A stretch of 63,124 bases of DNA, counting the filler, from Octopus bimaculoides (Eukaryota), in the NCBI RefSeq assembly GCF_001194135.2. It is 4 parts of 4 records of this genome, joined end to end, with 100 filler letters (N's around TTAATTAATTAA, not from the genome) between each part and the next. Parts side by side here need not be neighbours in the genome. Positions count along the whole stretch, not along the records: positions 49,037 to 58,205 come from NC_068983.1; positions 58,306 to 63,124 come from NC_069009.1; 2 more parts are not named here. One strand, written 5' to 3'. Made by a program: the position numbers and the translations under genes. The notes beneath the pieces are model-generated. The model ran no database searches. It was not told the DNA's origin and saw nothing but the letters and a program-made list of their open reading frames with translations. This document shows positions 51,226-63,124 of the stretch, one piece after another (the stretch's first letter is position 1; every line of letters starts with the position of its first letter).

Positions 51226-53774
51226 TAGTGTCTTTATCTATCCTGTTACTTATTTGTTTTTAATTTCTTTATCTATCCTTTTATTTAATTATTTAATTAC
51301 TAATAAGTAATTACTAATAATTATTCTCTTTTAGAATTTTTGTTATTTGGGTAAATTATTGGGTTTTACTATATTTGTTACTACAACTTATACACCTCTC
51401 CACTGTAGCTGCTGCTGCTGCTACTACTACCACTACTACAACGATTGCCACTGCTGCTGCTGTTTCTGCTACTACTACTACTATCGTTGTTGATACTACA
51501 ACCACTCCTACCCTCTTATACAGTTTGCATCAATCCTTCTCTCTATTATCTCTGTTCTGTGGTCTGTTAGATTCTTGCCTTTGAAGTCATAAATTCCTGG
51601 TTCTGCAAGATTGCACAATGCCAGATGTACCCATGCTGAGAGAAGGAAGGAAAAGGGAGTACATGAATTTCAACTAAAAGCCAAATTAACAGACCTGCTA
51701 TGAGCACCAGATGATAACATTTGACCTATATCGATGAAGAAAAAAATAGGTTTACAACATTAAGGCCTCATCTCAGACAAATTGTAATAGAACTCTATCA
51801 ATGAACAGGTTGCAGAGACTGCAACGAAAATTTTGACACCAAATGATGAAGGATTAAATGAAGTTAATAGTTTTTGTGTGTCTTTAAATGACTACTATAT
51901 GTCTTCCATGCTGTAATTACCAATTTATAAAATTATTTCTCTTATCATGGATTATTAATTTTTCTAAATGTAATGATTATAAGTAGCTCATCAACTATTT
52001 CTGTCTTGTTTAAATTATTTTAGCATTGAAATTAAATTCTTGTCTTTGATTCTTGTATTCATTGTATTTGCAAGGAAGTTACATCACTCATCCTTATTCA
52101 AGTGATTCCTTTTGTAGATAGTAAATTGTCCAACAGCCAAATTTGTTCACATGATATTGCCTTAAGTTTCCTCTCTCTAAATAATATAATTAATTAATGC
52201 AAGATCACAAGAAACCTATATTATTATTGAAGGTGTCTTATTTCAGTTTCATTGTTTATTATTCATTATCTGAAAGCTAATATATAGATGACCACAGATC
52301 AACTAATTAGTTTCTTTGCAAAGCCATATAAGAATATCATTGAAATCAGCTAATAGTTGTGTCCAGTTCATATTAAATTTGCAAGCGGTCGTCAACAAAT
52401 TGAAATAGAGTCTTCAGTTTCTATCATGCTCTAACTGAAGTAGGCCACAAGGGATCATAGGATGAATGGACAATATCGATTGTTGATATTCTTGTTCAAC
52501 TCTCATATTTCTGCATCTGCCAGTTACTTTAAATCTCTATTGTAAATATTACATTGTATCTTGAGGAAGTGAAAAGAAGATTTAACAGCAATAAAATTGT
52601 TATCCCTCCGAATTATTTTCTATCTCTCTTATTAGAAATCTTTGGTGTGAATTAACTTTTTTTCTGGCAGGAAGAATCTGAATTATATTTTAGGATTCTA
52701 TGGTGTTTGTTTAAAATAGATTACAAAATCAACAACATTTAGGTCAATATAGGCTAAAAATACAGCTCACAGATGACACTAAATCGACAAATTGATAAAT
52801 AGTTTATCAATAGAATAAACATCTAGTTCATTCCTTATCCAGCTCTATAGTTAAAGCTATGACATTTTTATATCATTTTATTTCATATTGAAGGGAGATT
52901 TCCTGTACAGAAAAAAATTAATTAATTTTCAAGTTTATATAGTATTGTGTACTATGGTGTTTCACGTTTGTTTAGTTATTTACATAATATAGTTAGTGTG
53001 TCAGACAAACCTCTTCATATATTCATTGGATGGATCTTTGTAAATCAGCAATGTTCATATATTTTCTGATTGTTTAAGTAAGTTGAAACAGTAGAAAATC
53101 AAAATTCTTGCAAATACACATCACCTTTTTATTTTCTTCCCAGCATGAGTATCATTATTTCAATTCCAATACAAATACTCTGCTCAGAATTTAAATTGAA
53201 TCACTAGTTTCCAAGATAGAGCAAGAAAGGTGATTGTAAAGGATTGCTATATCATGGTGACAAAGATTTTGAAATATTTTGACTCTTTTGTCATATCTAA
53301 TGAATGTCATTACTCATTAATAATGACTGCTTCAGGGAACACTGAAAACTTCTGTTTTGTAAAGAATTTATAGCTGCAAGATATATTTTATATATATTTT
53401 TCTACAAGTTGTTCATATAATTTGTGGCTTTTGTACAACTGCATAGATAGTTCTAATAAAATAACTTTGGAAATCAGTGACTGGATAAAAAATTTTCAAA
53501 TTTAACATAATAACTTTGAACTACAAATTTTGTAACATCAGAATCACTATAAATAGTTCAATTTTTTTTTAATTACTCCAGTTAACTGTTTATTACTATT
53601 CTGACTTTTGTATCTATTTAGCCTTGTTCAAAGCAACATGTATAGGTATTGTGAACATATATACATATAAATATAAATATAAAATAAAAATGAGATGACA
53701 AAGGAACAAACAATTATCTTATGAACATCATTAGCTTACAGCTGTTTGTGCTATATATATACTTGTATATAGAG

Positions 53775-53833
<59 letters not shown>

Positions 53834-53941
53834 CATCTATACACACATATTCTTATATATGCACATATATTTGCATTATACATGTGTGCATACGTGTGTG
53901 TGTTTATGTGAGTATATCTATATACAAGTATATATATAGCA

Positions 53942-54003
<62 letters not shown>

Positions 54004-54071
54004 CACACGCACACAGATACCTATATGTATGCATGGATGATGATGATAATGTGTGCATACTATATATATAG

Positions 54072-54373
54072 GAGCACTCTGTTGGTTACGACGACAAGGG
54101 TCCCAGCTGATACGATCAATGGAACAGCTTGCTCATGAAATTAACGTGCAAGTGGCTGAGCAATCCACGGACACATGTACCCCTAACGTAGTTTTCAGTG
54201 AGATTCAGCATGACACAGTGTGACAAGGCTGGCCCTTTGAAATACAGCTGAGTGCACTGGAGCAACGTGAAATAAAGTGTCTTGCTCAAGGACACACTGC
54301 GTCATCGGGAATTGAACTCACGACTTTACAATCATGAGCCAAATGCCCTAACCACTAAGCCACACGCCTTCAT
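54072..54373 (-). mobile_element. SINE family F (D-like head with E-like tail), near full length
   Basis: Reverse complement of a tRNA-like head plus CAAAGGGCCAGCCTTGTCACAC...AATTTCATGAGCAAGCTGTTCC tail. Confidence 0.8.
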
Positions 54374-54377
54374 ACTA

Positions 54378-54426
<49 letters not shown>

Positions 54427-54789
54427 AGGTACCCCAGTATTGACCTGATTATAGGTCACTATGTACTTTGCCTTGTTTTAGCTTTTAAATGATGCCATCC
54501 CACTGGCTAGGCTAGCAGATTGTCATTGCTCCTGAATGGAATGACAATCCATCACAGGGTTACCGATTTACAGCTGAGTGATTTGGGGCAATGTGAAATG
54601 AAATGTTTTACTCAAGAACACAATGCACTTCTGCTCTAGGAATCAAACCTCAATCTTGCAATCACGAGGGCAATACTACTGGGCCGCTTGCCTTCACATG
54701 TGTCTGTGTATTTGTGTGTATATATGTGTGTGTGTACAATAATGTCACTCCTGGCATTCTTAAACACCAGATGAGCACTAAACATGAAG

Positions 54790-56360
54790 ATAGAATCAAA
54801 ACAACCTCGAAAAAAAAACACGAAGTGAAAACATCAGTGAAGAATATTCCTATACCACCAAGGAAAGTCTATATCATGCATCTCATCAATAAAACAAAAA
54901 ACGTCCTGAAGAGAAGGAAATGGGAAGCTTACTTTTGTGATAAAAGTTACGTCCTGCCTTCGTTTGGAGGAGTTCTGATTTTAGATCTTCCATAAACCTA
55001 CTGCAACATTAAAGATCTAGATGGATTTGAAGATGACTTCATAAAATTAGTTAAAAGTGTCAAATTCAACCATAGATCCAAAAGCTTCCTACACAAACTA
55101 GAAATATTTCTTGAAACTTTTAACATATTTATAAAAATAGATAAAACAAAAAAATGTTCCCGAGGTAGATAACGGCATATATAACAAGCTGCTAGATGAT
55201 AACATAACCAAAACATATAAGAAAAGGAACCCCAACATTTATAATTTAATCATTGTTAAAGCAAACAATTTGGCTATGAAACTTAAAATCAAAGTAGAAT
55301 AGAATGACTCACCCCACAAAAACGTTTTGTAGCCCTGGAAGACCACAAAGACAATTTTACGCAAAACCCTAGCTGCAGATTGATAAATCCCCCAAAAAGC
55401 TAGCGAGATATTATTAGCAAATCTATATTAGACAACATCATAAGACACTTCAGAGCCTCCTCAAACTCTACTGAATGAATATGTAGCAGGGAAACCATTG
55501 AATGGTTCAAGAATATTGAAGATAAACCAAAATCCAAATTCATCCAGTTTGATATTGTGGAGTCTTACTCCTCAATCTCCAAAATCCTGCTTCAAAAAGC
55601 ACCTGAGTTTAGTAAAGCAAATGTAACTGTCACTAATAATGATATAGACCTAACAAAGAATTCAAGGAAGTCATTACTTTTTTGTGACAGTTCCTATTGG
55701 GTGAAAAGAATGGGTGATGAGCTATTTGATGTCCCTATGGGGATCTATGATGGTGCAGATATAGCAGATCTGGTTGGCTTTTATATCTCAAATTTTCTTC
55801 AAAAAGACATAACAGATGCAGATATAGGGTTATCTATTGACAACACTCTTGCAGTGATACATAACAAAAATGGACATGATATAGATAAAATAGGAAAGCA
55901 ATTATGCTGAACACGTAGACAACTGAACCTAAGAACTAGAATTAATACTTACGAACTACAATTTCCAAGACACTAATATGAATATTAGTACAGGCAAATT
56001 TAAGCCCTACCATAAACCAAATATAGATAACTTATATAAGCACGTTTCTAACCTGTCTGCTGATAAAGCTACTTTCAGAAAAACTGCTCCATAATTCATC
56101 ACTGCATTAGAAAGGTCCAACTTTAAGCATAAAATATGCTGAACCAAATGTAGATAGACCAAAACGAAGTAAGCAGAAGAAAATCTCATGGAATTTCCCA
56201 TGTAGTATGGAAGTAGCCACTAAATAGCTAGAAAATTGCTAAAACTCAAAAATCACCACATAAATACCACTCACATAAATACCACACATAAATACCACAC
56301 ATAAATACCACAAAATCTTCAATAGAAATATGGTTAAAGTTACCTACAGTTGCCTCCCCA
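54790..56360 (+). mobile_element. Degenerate Penelope-like element RT region
   Basis: KPKSKFIQFDIVESYSSIS, LFDVPMGIYDGADIADLVG, catalytic motif decayed to SIDN, FKPYHKPN, HKYHKIFNRNMVKVTYSCLPN; many stops; GIY-YIG domain not seen. Confidence 0.85.
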
Positions 56361-56686
56361 ACTCATTACACGTATTCTTGACATCACATAATACACAGAG
56401 TAGATATATACACAAACTTATGAATACACAATCCTATGAATTCATAAATCCACCGACCAAGTTTGGATTCAAAATATGTGAAAAATGCAAAACTTCATAA
56501 TTATGTGCACATACTCAAACACAAACAAAATGCATAATGCAAGTGCATGCGTTTGTGTGTGTGTGTACACCACCAATTCTAGGAGAATAAATTACATATT
56601 TCATATATTGAATATAATTCTTATTGAGTTTTTGATAGCAACAAAAGAAACTGGCCATATGTTAAGAGAAAGGAAAATTGAAGTGC

Positions 56687-56847
56687 AGGTGGTTGGCGTT
56701 AGGAAGGGCATCCAGCTGTAGAAACTCTGCCAAATTTAGATTGGAGCCTGGTGTTGCCATCCGGTTTCACCAGTCCTCAGTCAAGTCGTCCAACCCATGC
56801 TAGCATGGAAAGCGGACGTTAAACGATGATGATGATGATGATGATGA
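56687..56847 (+). mobile_element. Young repeat family C copy with (GAT)n tail
   Basis: Nearly identical to 23057-23293. Confidence 0.85.
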
Positions 56848-58145
56848 GTTCAATCTGTTGGTTATCCTCAGAAATATAATAAAACAATTACTAATGCACG
56901 ATACAAACAAATAAGTTAAATACATGCTCTGTTCATTCAATCAATGTGCCAAACAAACACACTTCTATGATCTCACAATGATACACTTTTATTCTTTAGT
57001 CTTCTTGGAAAATATTACTAAAATATTATAAAAAGAAATATCAATGTTTTATAGATTGCTGAATCTATTTTCTTGTAATATTCTAAAAAACCAAAAAAGC
57101 AAGTTATGATTAATCTGAGCTTTCAAAACAAAATGATAGAGTAAAATGTCAGCTTACTTATCCTTGTAATATGGTGTTATTCATTGGCATTTTGTAAATG
57201 TTTATTCATTAATTCTGATATCAGATGGGGTTCATTGTTAGCAATGTAAAAAAACCATTATACTACACATGATTTTCTCATTACTTTTAGCATTCCAGAA
57301 TTTTAGACAATGCTTTCTTTGCTTACCCTCAAATTACAATAGTAATCAGTTATGGACTTTATAATACTTAAATTCTTAAAGTTATAATTCTTATAATATG
57401 TAAAATGGTATTTCTTAGCTGTTGTGATTATTTGAATTAATACTATTAATTACATTAATTTGCTTTAGTAAATATTTCATTATTAAATTTAACATTAAAT
57501 TGTACATATTTAACAAATAGCAGTTGTCTAATATCTCATAAATTATAACTATTAAAAATATGATTACAACTTGTATAACATATCTTCAGGTATCCTTTTG
57601 TTTTGTATTTATTCTTTAATCGTTGTTTAACAACCAGGTTAATCTTGACAAAGAAGACATATAATTAAAGGTATTCAATCCATTATGACAATTTTTTTAA
57701 AACTCAGACATTCTGTTTGCATTTGCAATATCCTATGTGTGTCTACTGTAAGTTAGAAGGGCAGGATTTAAGTGAGATTTTGCTTCCTATTTTTTAACAG
57801 GTGAAATGATTATACAGTAGCTACCTTATTGTTAGTCTCTCTATCTATACATAAAATCCTTTGTATCTCTGACTGTTCCCAACTGACTGTTCAGCCAAAA
57901 CAAATCAAATTTTACATGGTAATACTACGGGACCCCAGGAGTGTCAACATGCAATATTTTTGGATTAAAACAATGCAAAATTGGCACAGGTCCCATATTG
58001 TGTCTCAAAACTCGAAGAATAAAAATGAAAACTTCAATGGAGTAACAGTTATAAATAGTTTCACTTTTATATTGTTTCTCTTTTATATAGTCTCACTTTT
58101 AATACTTTCACTACATATATATATATATATATATATACATATCTT

Positions 58146-58205
<60 letters not shown>

Positions 58206-58305
58206 NNNNNNNNNNNNNNNNNNNNNNNNNNNNNNNNNNNNNNNNNNNNTTAATTAATTAANNNNNNNNNNNNNNNNNNNNNNNNNNNNNNNNNNNNNNN
58301 NNNNN
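58206..58305. other. Artificial scaffold join (N44-TTAATTAATTAA-N44)
   Basis: Exactly 100 bp, identical linker. Confidence 0.95.
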
Positions 58306-58338
<33 letters not shown>

Positions 58339-58696
58339 CACAATGAAAAAAAGGAAGTTAGAAAATTATTTATTTACCATTACACACATATCAATTGTCA
58401 AGAGTCACATTTAAAGAATTTCCTATTAGTAACAGTTTCCGTCTATGCATATTTGACTTAAAAGGTACGAGTCCAACACAATGCTACAACAAAATGATAT
58501 TCGTCCAGAATGCTGTACAATGAGATTGAACCTAGGACCCTATGGTTATGATGTAAACATTTTAACCTCACAGCCACATCCACAAGAATTTTACGATTAA
58601 GCAATTACTTGTACCAGTGCAGGAAATAAAACAATTTGATTGATGAATATGAAGGATTTTATTTTGTAATGACCAAAAGCTTTCAAATTGATAGTG

Positions 58697-59968
58697 TTAC
58701 ATTTCTATATGAATATTTATGTGTGTAGTTAAGTGACTTTTTTGAGAGAAAGATTTACCACAGATATCACAGTGATACGGTTTCTCGTCTGTATGAATGC
58801 GTTTGTGCGTAGTTAAGTTACTTTTCTGTGTGAATGATTTACTGCAGACATCACAGTCATATGGTTTCTCACCTGTATGAGTGAGCTTGTGTTTTGCTAA
58901 GATGTCTGTCCTGGAGAATGATTTACCACACACAGAACATTGAAACAGCTTTTCTCCCGTGTGTGTGAGCTTGTGTGTGCTTAGGTAACCCTTTTGAGCA
59001 AACGATGTGCCACAGATATCACAGGTGTATGGCTTTTCTCCAGTATGGGTACGTACGTGAGATGTTAAGATATGTTTCCGAGAGAAAGCATTACCACAAA
59101 TATCACAGCGATACGGTTTCTCTCCTGTATGAATACGTTTGCGGGTGGCTTTCACGCCATTTTGAGAGAATGGTTTAGCATGCTCATCAGAGTGTTCTGG
59201 TGATTCCTTGGTATGAACACGCTTGTGTTTTGTTAATAGATTCCTCTGAGAGAAAGACTTATCACATACCTTACAATAAAACGGTTTCTCTCCAGTATGG
59301 ATGCATTTGTGTATAGTTAAGCAATGTCTAACATAGAATGATGCACCACAAATTTCACAGCGAAATGGTTTTTCTCCTGTGTGAATCCGTTTGTGTCTAG
59401 TTAAACAACTGCTATCGAAGAAAGATTTCCCACAGGTGTCACAATGATATGGTTTCTCACCTGTGTGGCTACGTTTGTGTTTCGTTAAGTGCTCATGCTG
59501 AGAGAATGATTTACCACAGATATCACAACGATATGGTTTTTCTCCTGTATGAATACGTATATGCATTTTCAAATTACCAGTTTCAGAGAACGTTTTACCA
59601 CAGATATCGCAGTAAAACGGCTTCTCGCCTGTATGAATACGTTTGTGAATAGTCAAGTAGCTACTCTGGGAGAAATATTTACAACAGATATCACACTGAT
59701 ATGGCTTCTCTCCTGTATGTGTGCGTTGGTGGTTGGTCAGATGATTACGCCGATAGAACGTTTTGCCACAAACATTGCAATGATATGGTTTATCAACTGC
59801 ATGAATACGTTGGTGATATGTCAAGTTTCTTTTGTGAGGGAATGACTTACCACAGATTTCACAGCTATGTGATATTTTAGCCGTCCCATTTTTCTTGCCC
59901 CTGGAAGTACCAATACTTTTCGGCTTCTTTTTAAATTGAACCTGGTTGTCACACAATTCAGTTTCCAT
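58697..59968 (-). CDS. Kruppel-type C2H2 zinc finger protein, 423 aa, 13 intact fingers plus 1 degenerate finger
   Basis: Uninterrupted ORF; CxxC-x12-HxxxH units at 28-aa periodicity with TGEKPY linkers; no effector domain recognised in the 35-aa N-terminus. Confidence 0.95.
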   Translation of the reverse strand: METELCDNQVQFKKKPKSIGTSRGKKNGTAKISHSCEICGKSFPHKRNLTYHQRIHAVDKPYHCNVCGKTFYRRNHLTNHQRTHTGEKPYQCDICCKYFSQSSYLTIHKRIHTGEKPFYCDICGKTFSETGNLKMHIRIHTGEKPYRCDICGKSFSQHEHLTKHKRSHTGEKPYHCDTCGKSFFDSSCLTRHKRIHTGEKPFRCEICGASFYVRHCLTIHKCIHTGEKPFYCKVCDKSFSQRNLLTKHKRVHTKESPEHSDEHAKPFSQNGVKATRKRIHTGEKPYRCDICGNAFSRKHILTSHVRTHTGEKPYTCDICGTSFAQKGYLSTHKLTHTGEKLFQCSVCGKSFSRTDILAKHKLTHTGEKPYDCDVCSKSFTQKSNLTTHKRIHTDEKPYHCDICGKSFSQKSHLTTHINIHIEM

Positions 59969-59974
59969 AATTGC

Positions 59975-60172
59975 TCTCAGCTGGCAAAAATGAGTAGCAC
60001 CTGTCTTTCAATGGGCCAGCCTTGTCACACTGAATCTCCCTGAGGACTATGTTAAAAGTACATGTATCTGTGGAGTTCTCAGCCACTTGAACGTTAATTT
60101 CACGAGCAGGCTGTTCTACTGATTGGATCAACAGGAATTTTTCTTGTTGTAACAGACGGAGTGCCAGTTAAT
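59975..60172 (+). mobile_element. SINE family F 3' portion, antisense and immediately upstream of the ZNF start
   Basis: CTCAGCTGGCAAAAATGAGT...GGGCCAGCCTTGTCACAC...TAATTTCACGAGCAGGCTGTTC...GACGGAGTGCC; homologous to 54072-54250 and 63010-63033. Confidence 0.8.
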
Positions 60173-60856
60173 TGTTCATTATCCGCAACAATTATCAGGT
60201 ATTTCTGTTCCGTTTTTGTTGATCCCTAGCAAATATTTATATTTTTCACTGCTAGATTTCCATCACTTGTAACCGTTACCAATATGTACAAACTTTAATG
60301 ACCATTACAAACTCCTCTGTAATTTATAATCCACATTTAATTAGCATTGCAAAATCATTCTGTAGACATTCTCAATAATGATTAAAAGAAAAGCTGCAGT
60401 TTGTATCAGTTCAGTGGAATTATCTTACAGTAATTCTACCAAAAATTTATATCAATGGGATTGTCTGATCTTTATAAACACCATCAGTGAAAGTTGATAG
60501 ATGTTGCTCATGTGTCTGGTGTGAACAATACTCCGATGGCAACGTCATGGATAATCTGAAATAATAAACAAGAGTGTAAGATGAAGAGGCTATATAAATT
60601 GTATGGCTCAAACGTACGGCAAACGAAATACAGAGACAGGTGTGGGAGCAACAAGGAGGTGTATTAGTTTGACAGTGAGGAAAATTGGAAGAAGTCTTTG
60701 ACATTTCAAGCCCATGCTCTCTCACAGAAAGGGACGAGGGGAAACAAAATGAGAAGACGGAAAGAGAGTGAGTGAGAAATTGTGTTGGGATTAATGGCGT
60801 TCCACATGTTGAAAATACAGACAGGCATGCATTATTTTTATACATTCAAATGAGGT

Positions 60857-61140
60857 CGTTGCTAGTGCCGCTGGACTGGCTCCCGTGCAGGTGGCACGTA
60901 AAAAACACCATTTTGAGCATGGCCGTTGCCAGTACCGCCTGACTGGCCCTCGTGCCGGTGGCATGTAAAAGCACCCACAACACTCCCGGAGTGGTTGGCG
61001 TTAGGAAGGGCATCCAGCTGTAGAAGCTCTGCCAGATCAGATTGGAGTCTGGGGCAGCCATCTGGTTTGCCAGTCCTCAGTCAAATCGTCCAACCCATGC
61101 TAGCATGGAAAGTGGACGTTAAACGATGATGATGATGATA
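60857..61140 (+). mobile_element. Repeat family C copy with (GAT)n tail
   Basis: GTGGTTGGCGTTAGGAAGGGCATCCAGCTGTAG...GGACGTTAAACGATGATG. Confidence 0.85.
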
Positions 61141-61551
61141 CACATGCTTTGTCTTTAATTTCTCGTTTCAGTCTATTGATCGCGGCCATGCTGGGGCACT
61201 GCCTTCAAGGACCTTTTTTATTTTAGCCAAATGAGCCAACCCCAGTACTTATGCATTAAACTTGGTACTTATTCTATTGCTTTCTTTTGCCAAACTAATT
61301 CACAAGAGCATAAACAAACCAACACTGGCTGACAGGCAGTGGTGCGGGCGAACAAAGACACACACACACATGACCACTTGTTGGGGTGTTTACATTCCCA
61401 TAACAGCGGTAAGGCAAAAGAGACTGATAGAATTCGTACCAGGCCTTAAAAAAAAAAAAGTAATTACTGGGATCGATTCATTCGACTAAAACTTCATGGC
61501 GTTTTGCTCCAGCATGGCCGCAGTCCAATAGCTGAAACAAAATACACAAAA

Positions 61552-62360
61552 GAATTCATACGATTATGCAAAAAAAAAAAAAAAAAAATTGGTGCGCGAT
61601 TTAAAGTGGTATTTAGCTGTTATTTTTGGCATATGTCATGATCACTTCATACCGTCCTCCTTTTCGTATTGACATTTTTCAATCTTTCTTCTTCCCATAA
61701 GCACATTTAATGGTCTGTTGCTGGGAATTTCTGCAAATTTGTATTCTGCACACAGGAATTCATACGGTTATGCAAATAACAGAAGAAAAATAAAATGGGG
61801 GTGCGTAATTTAAGGGTTATTTAGCTGTTATTTTTAGTATATCGCACGTCCTCCTCGTGCACTTTTCGCTTGTTTGACACTGACAAATTGATGTTTTTTT
61901 CAACATCAATTCATCATTTAATGGATTATTGCAGGGGATTTTAGCATATTTGCATTCTGCACACGGGAATTCATACGATTATGCAGAACCCCTCACCACC
62001 TCATATTTTTTGGTGCGTGATTTAAGGGGTATTTAGCTGTTATTTTTAGTATATCTCACGCACTTTTCGCTTGTTTGACACTGACAAATTGAGGGTTTTT
62101 TCAACATCAATTCGTCATTTAATGGATTATTGCAGGGGATTTTAGCGTATTTGCATTCTACACACAGGAATTCATACGATTATATAGAACCCCCCCCCCC
62201 ACAATTTTTGGTGCGTGATTTAAGGGGTATTTAGCTGTTATTTCTAGCACGTCACGACCACCTCATACGTTCCTCGTTTGTCTGTCAGACGTACTAATAT
62301 TTTTCAATATCTTTCACCCCCATAAACGACATTTAACGATCTGTAACTGGGATTTAAACC
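61552..62360. repeat. Tandem array, ~205-bp unit x4, each starting with GAATTC
   Basis: GAATTCATACG at 61552, 61756, 61967 and 62168 (periods 204, 211, 201). Confidence 0.9.
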
Positions 62361-62811
62361 AAAAATTCGAACTGTCCGTATTTCAAAACTGTGATGTAAA
62401 AAGGAAAAGAACTCCGCCAGTAACTTACCCGTTTTCGGATGAAAACAGCGAAGTCAGTGCCTGATAAACAACAGGACAACATCAATTAACGCTGTATCAA
62501 TATTCTTCAAATACAATGTTAGTATACAAGTATATATTTTGTAGCTTCGACACAGATTTTGTCTCAGCATCCATCAACTTCAAAATGGCTCCCATTCAGC
62601 TCCCATCAACTTCAAAATGGCTCCCATTCAGCTCCCATCACCTTTTATACTTCCTCAGCATCTTTTATACCCTCCCTCTGCTGGAGAGCTACAAACATAT
62701 TAGGACAACTGACGAGGGAGGTGTTTTCCTCACTACCACAATCACTGCTTTTTATCTTATTGTCGATATCATTATTCAGTATAGTCTTTCGTCCATCTTT
62801 GCGTTGTACAT

Positions 62812-63124
62812 GTGGAGTCGCAATGGCCAAGTGGTTAGGGCAGCGGACTCGCAGTTTCGATTCCCAGACCGGGCGTTGTGAGTGTTTATTGAGCGAAACC
62901 ACCTAAAGCTCCACGAGGCTCCGGCAGTGGATGGTGGTGAACCCTGCTGTACTCTTTCGCCACAACTTTCTCTCACTCTTTCTTCCTGTTTCTGTTCTAC
63001 CTGTAATTCAAAGGGCCAGCCTTGTCACACTCTGTGGAGGCGCAATGGCCCAGTGGTTAAGGCAGTGGACTCGCGGTCGTAGGATCGCGGTTTCGATTCC
63101 CAGACCGGGCGTTGTGAGTGTTTA
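62812..63124 (+). mobile_element. Two abutting SINE family E copies (62812-63033 and 63034 to window end)
   Basis: tRNA-like head GTGGAGGCGCAATGGCCCAGTGGTTA repeated; the first copy is truncated at CACACTCT. Confidence 0.88.

Noticed and set aside
63034-63110. tRNA genes at GTGGAGGCGCAATGG... heads (also 42646, 62812, 28748, 34215)
   Set aside because: A/B-box-like heads continue into shared SINE bodies and lack a complete cloverleaf acceptor stem

Overview
AT-rich, microsatellite- and repeat-dense animal DNA, inferred to be from an octopus (coleoid cephalopod) on the basis of its tRNA-derived SINEs and the style of its C2H2 gene. It is a concatenation of four scaffolds joined by artificial 100-bp N44-TTAATTAATTAA-N44 linkers (23294-23393, 48937-49036, 58206-58305), so adjacency across these joins is not trustworthy. 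Well-supported genes: the last three coding exons of propionyl-CoA carboxylase alpha (PCCA, minus strand, 14613-21245) and a single-exon C2H2 zinc-finger ORF (minus, 58697-59968; 13 intact fingers plus 1 degenerate finger). A tentative five-exon cysteine-containing ORF lies on the plus strand (27027-37264). The rest is mobile-element debris: a Merlin-type element with a 9-bp TSD, several Tc1/mariner copies (one full length), CR1, Hero-like, Dong/R4, Tx1 and Penelope fragments, and several SINE families (A, B, D/E/F and repeat C are my own labels). The most notable unexplained structures are (i) type I hammerhead-ribozyme folds that share an unusual core variant, one with an intact core and a perfect stem I (38157-38215); (ii) an ORF1-only (HAL1-like) Tx1 derivative inserted at a hairpin loop of a ~97-nt structured motif whose empty copy sits about 620 bp away; and (iii) scaffold-scale domains of CpG decay recorded in SINE copies. 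Repeat boundaries are approximate and were read by eye.
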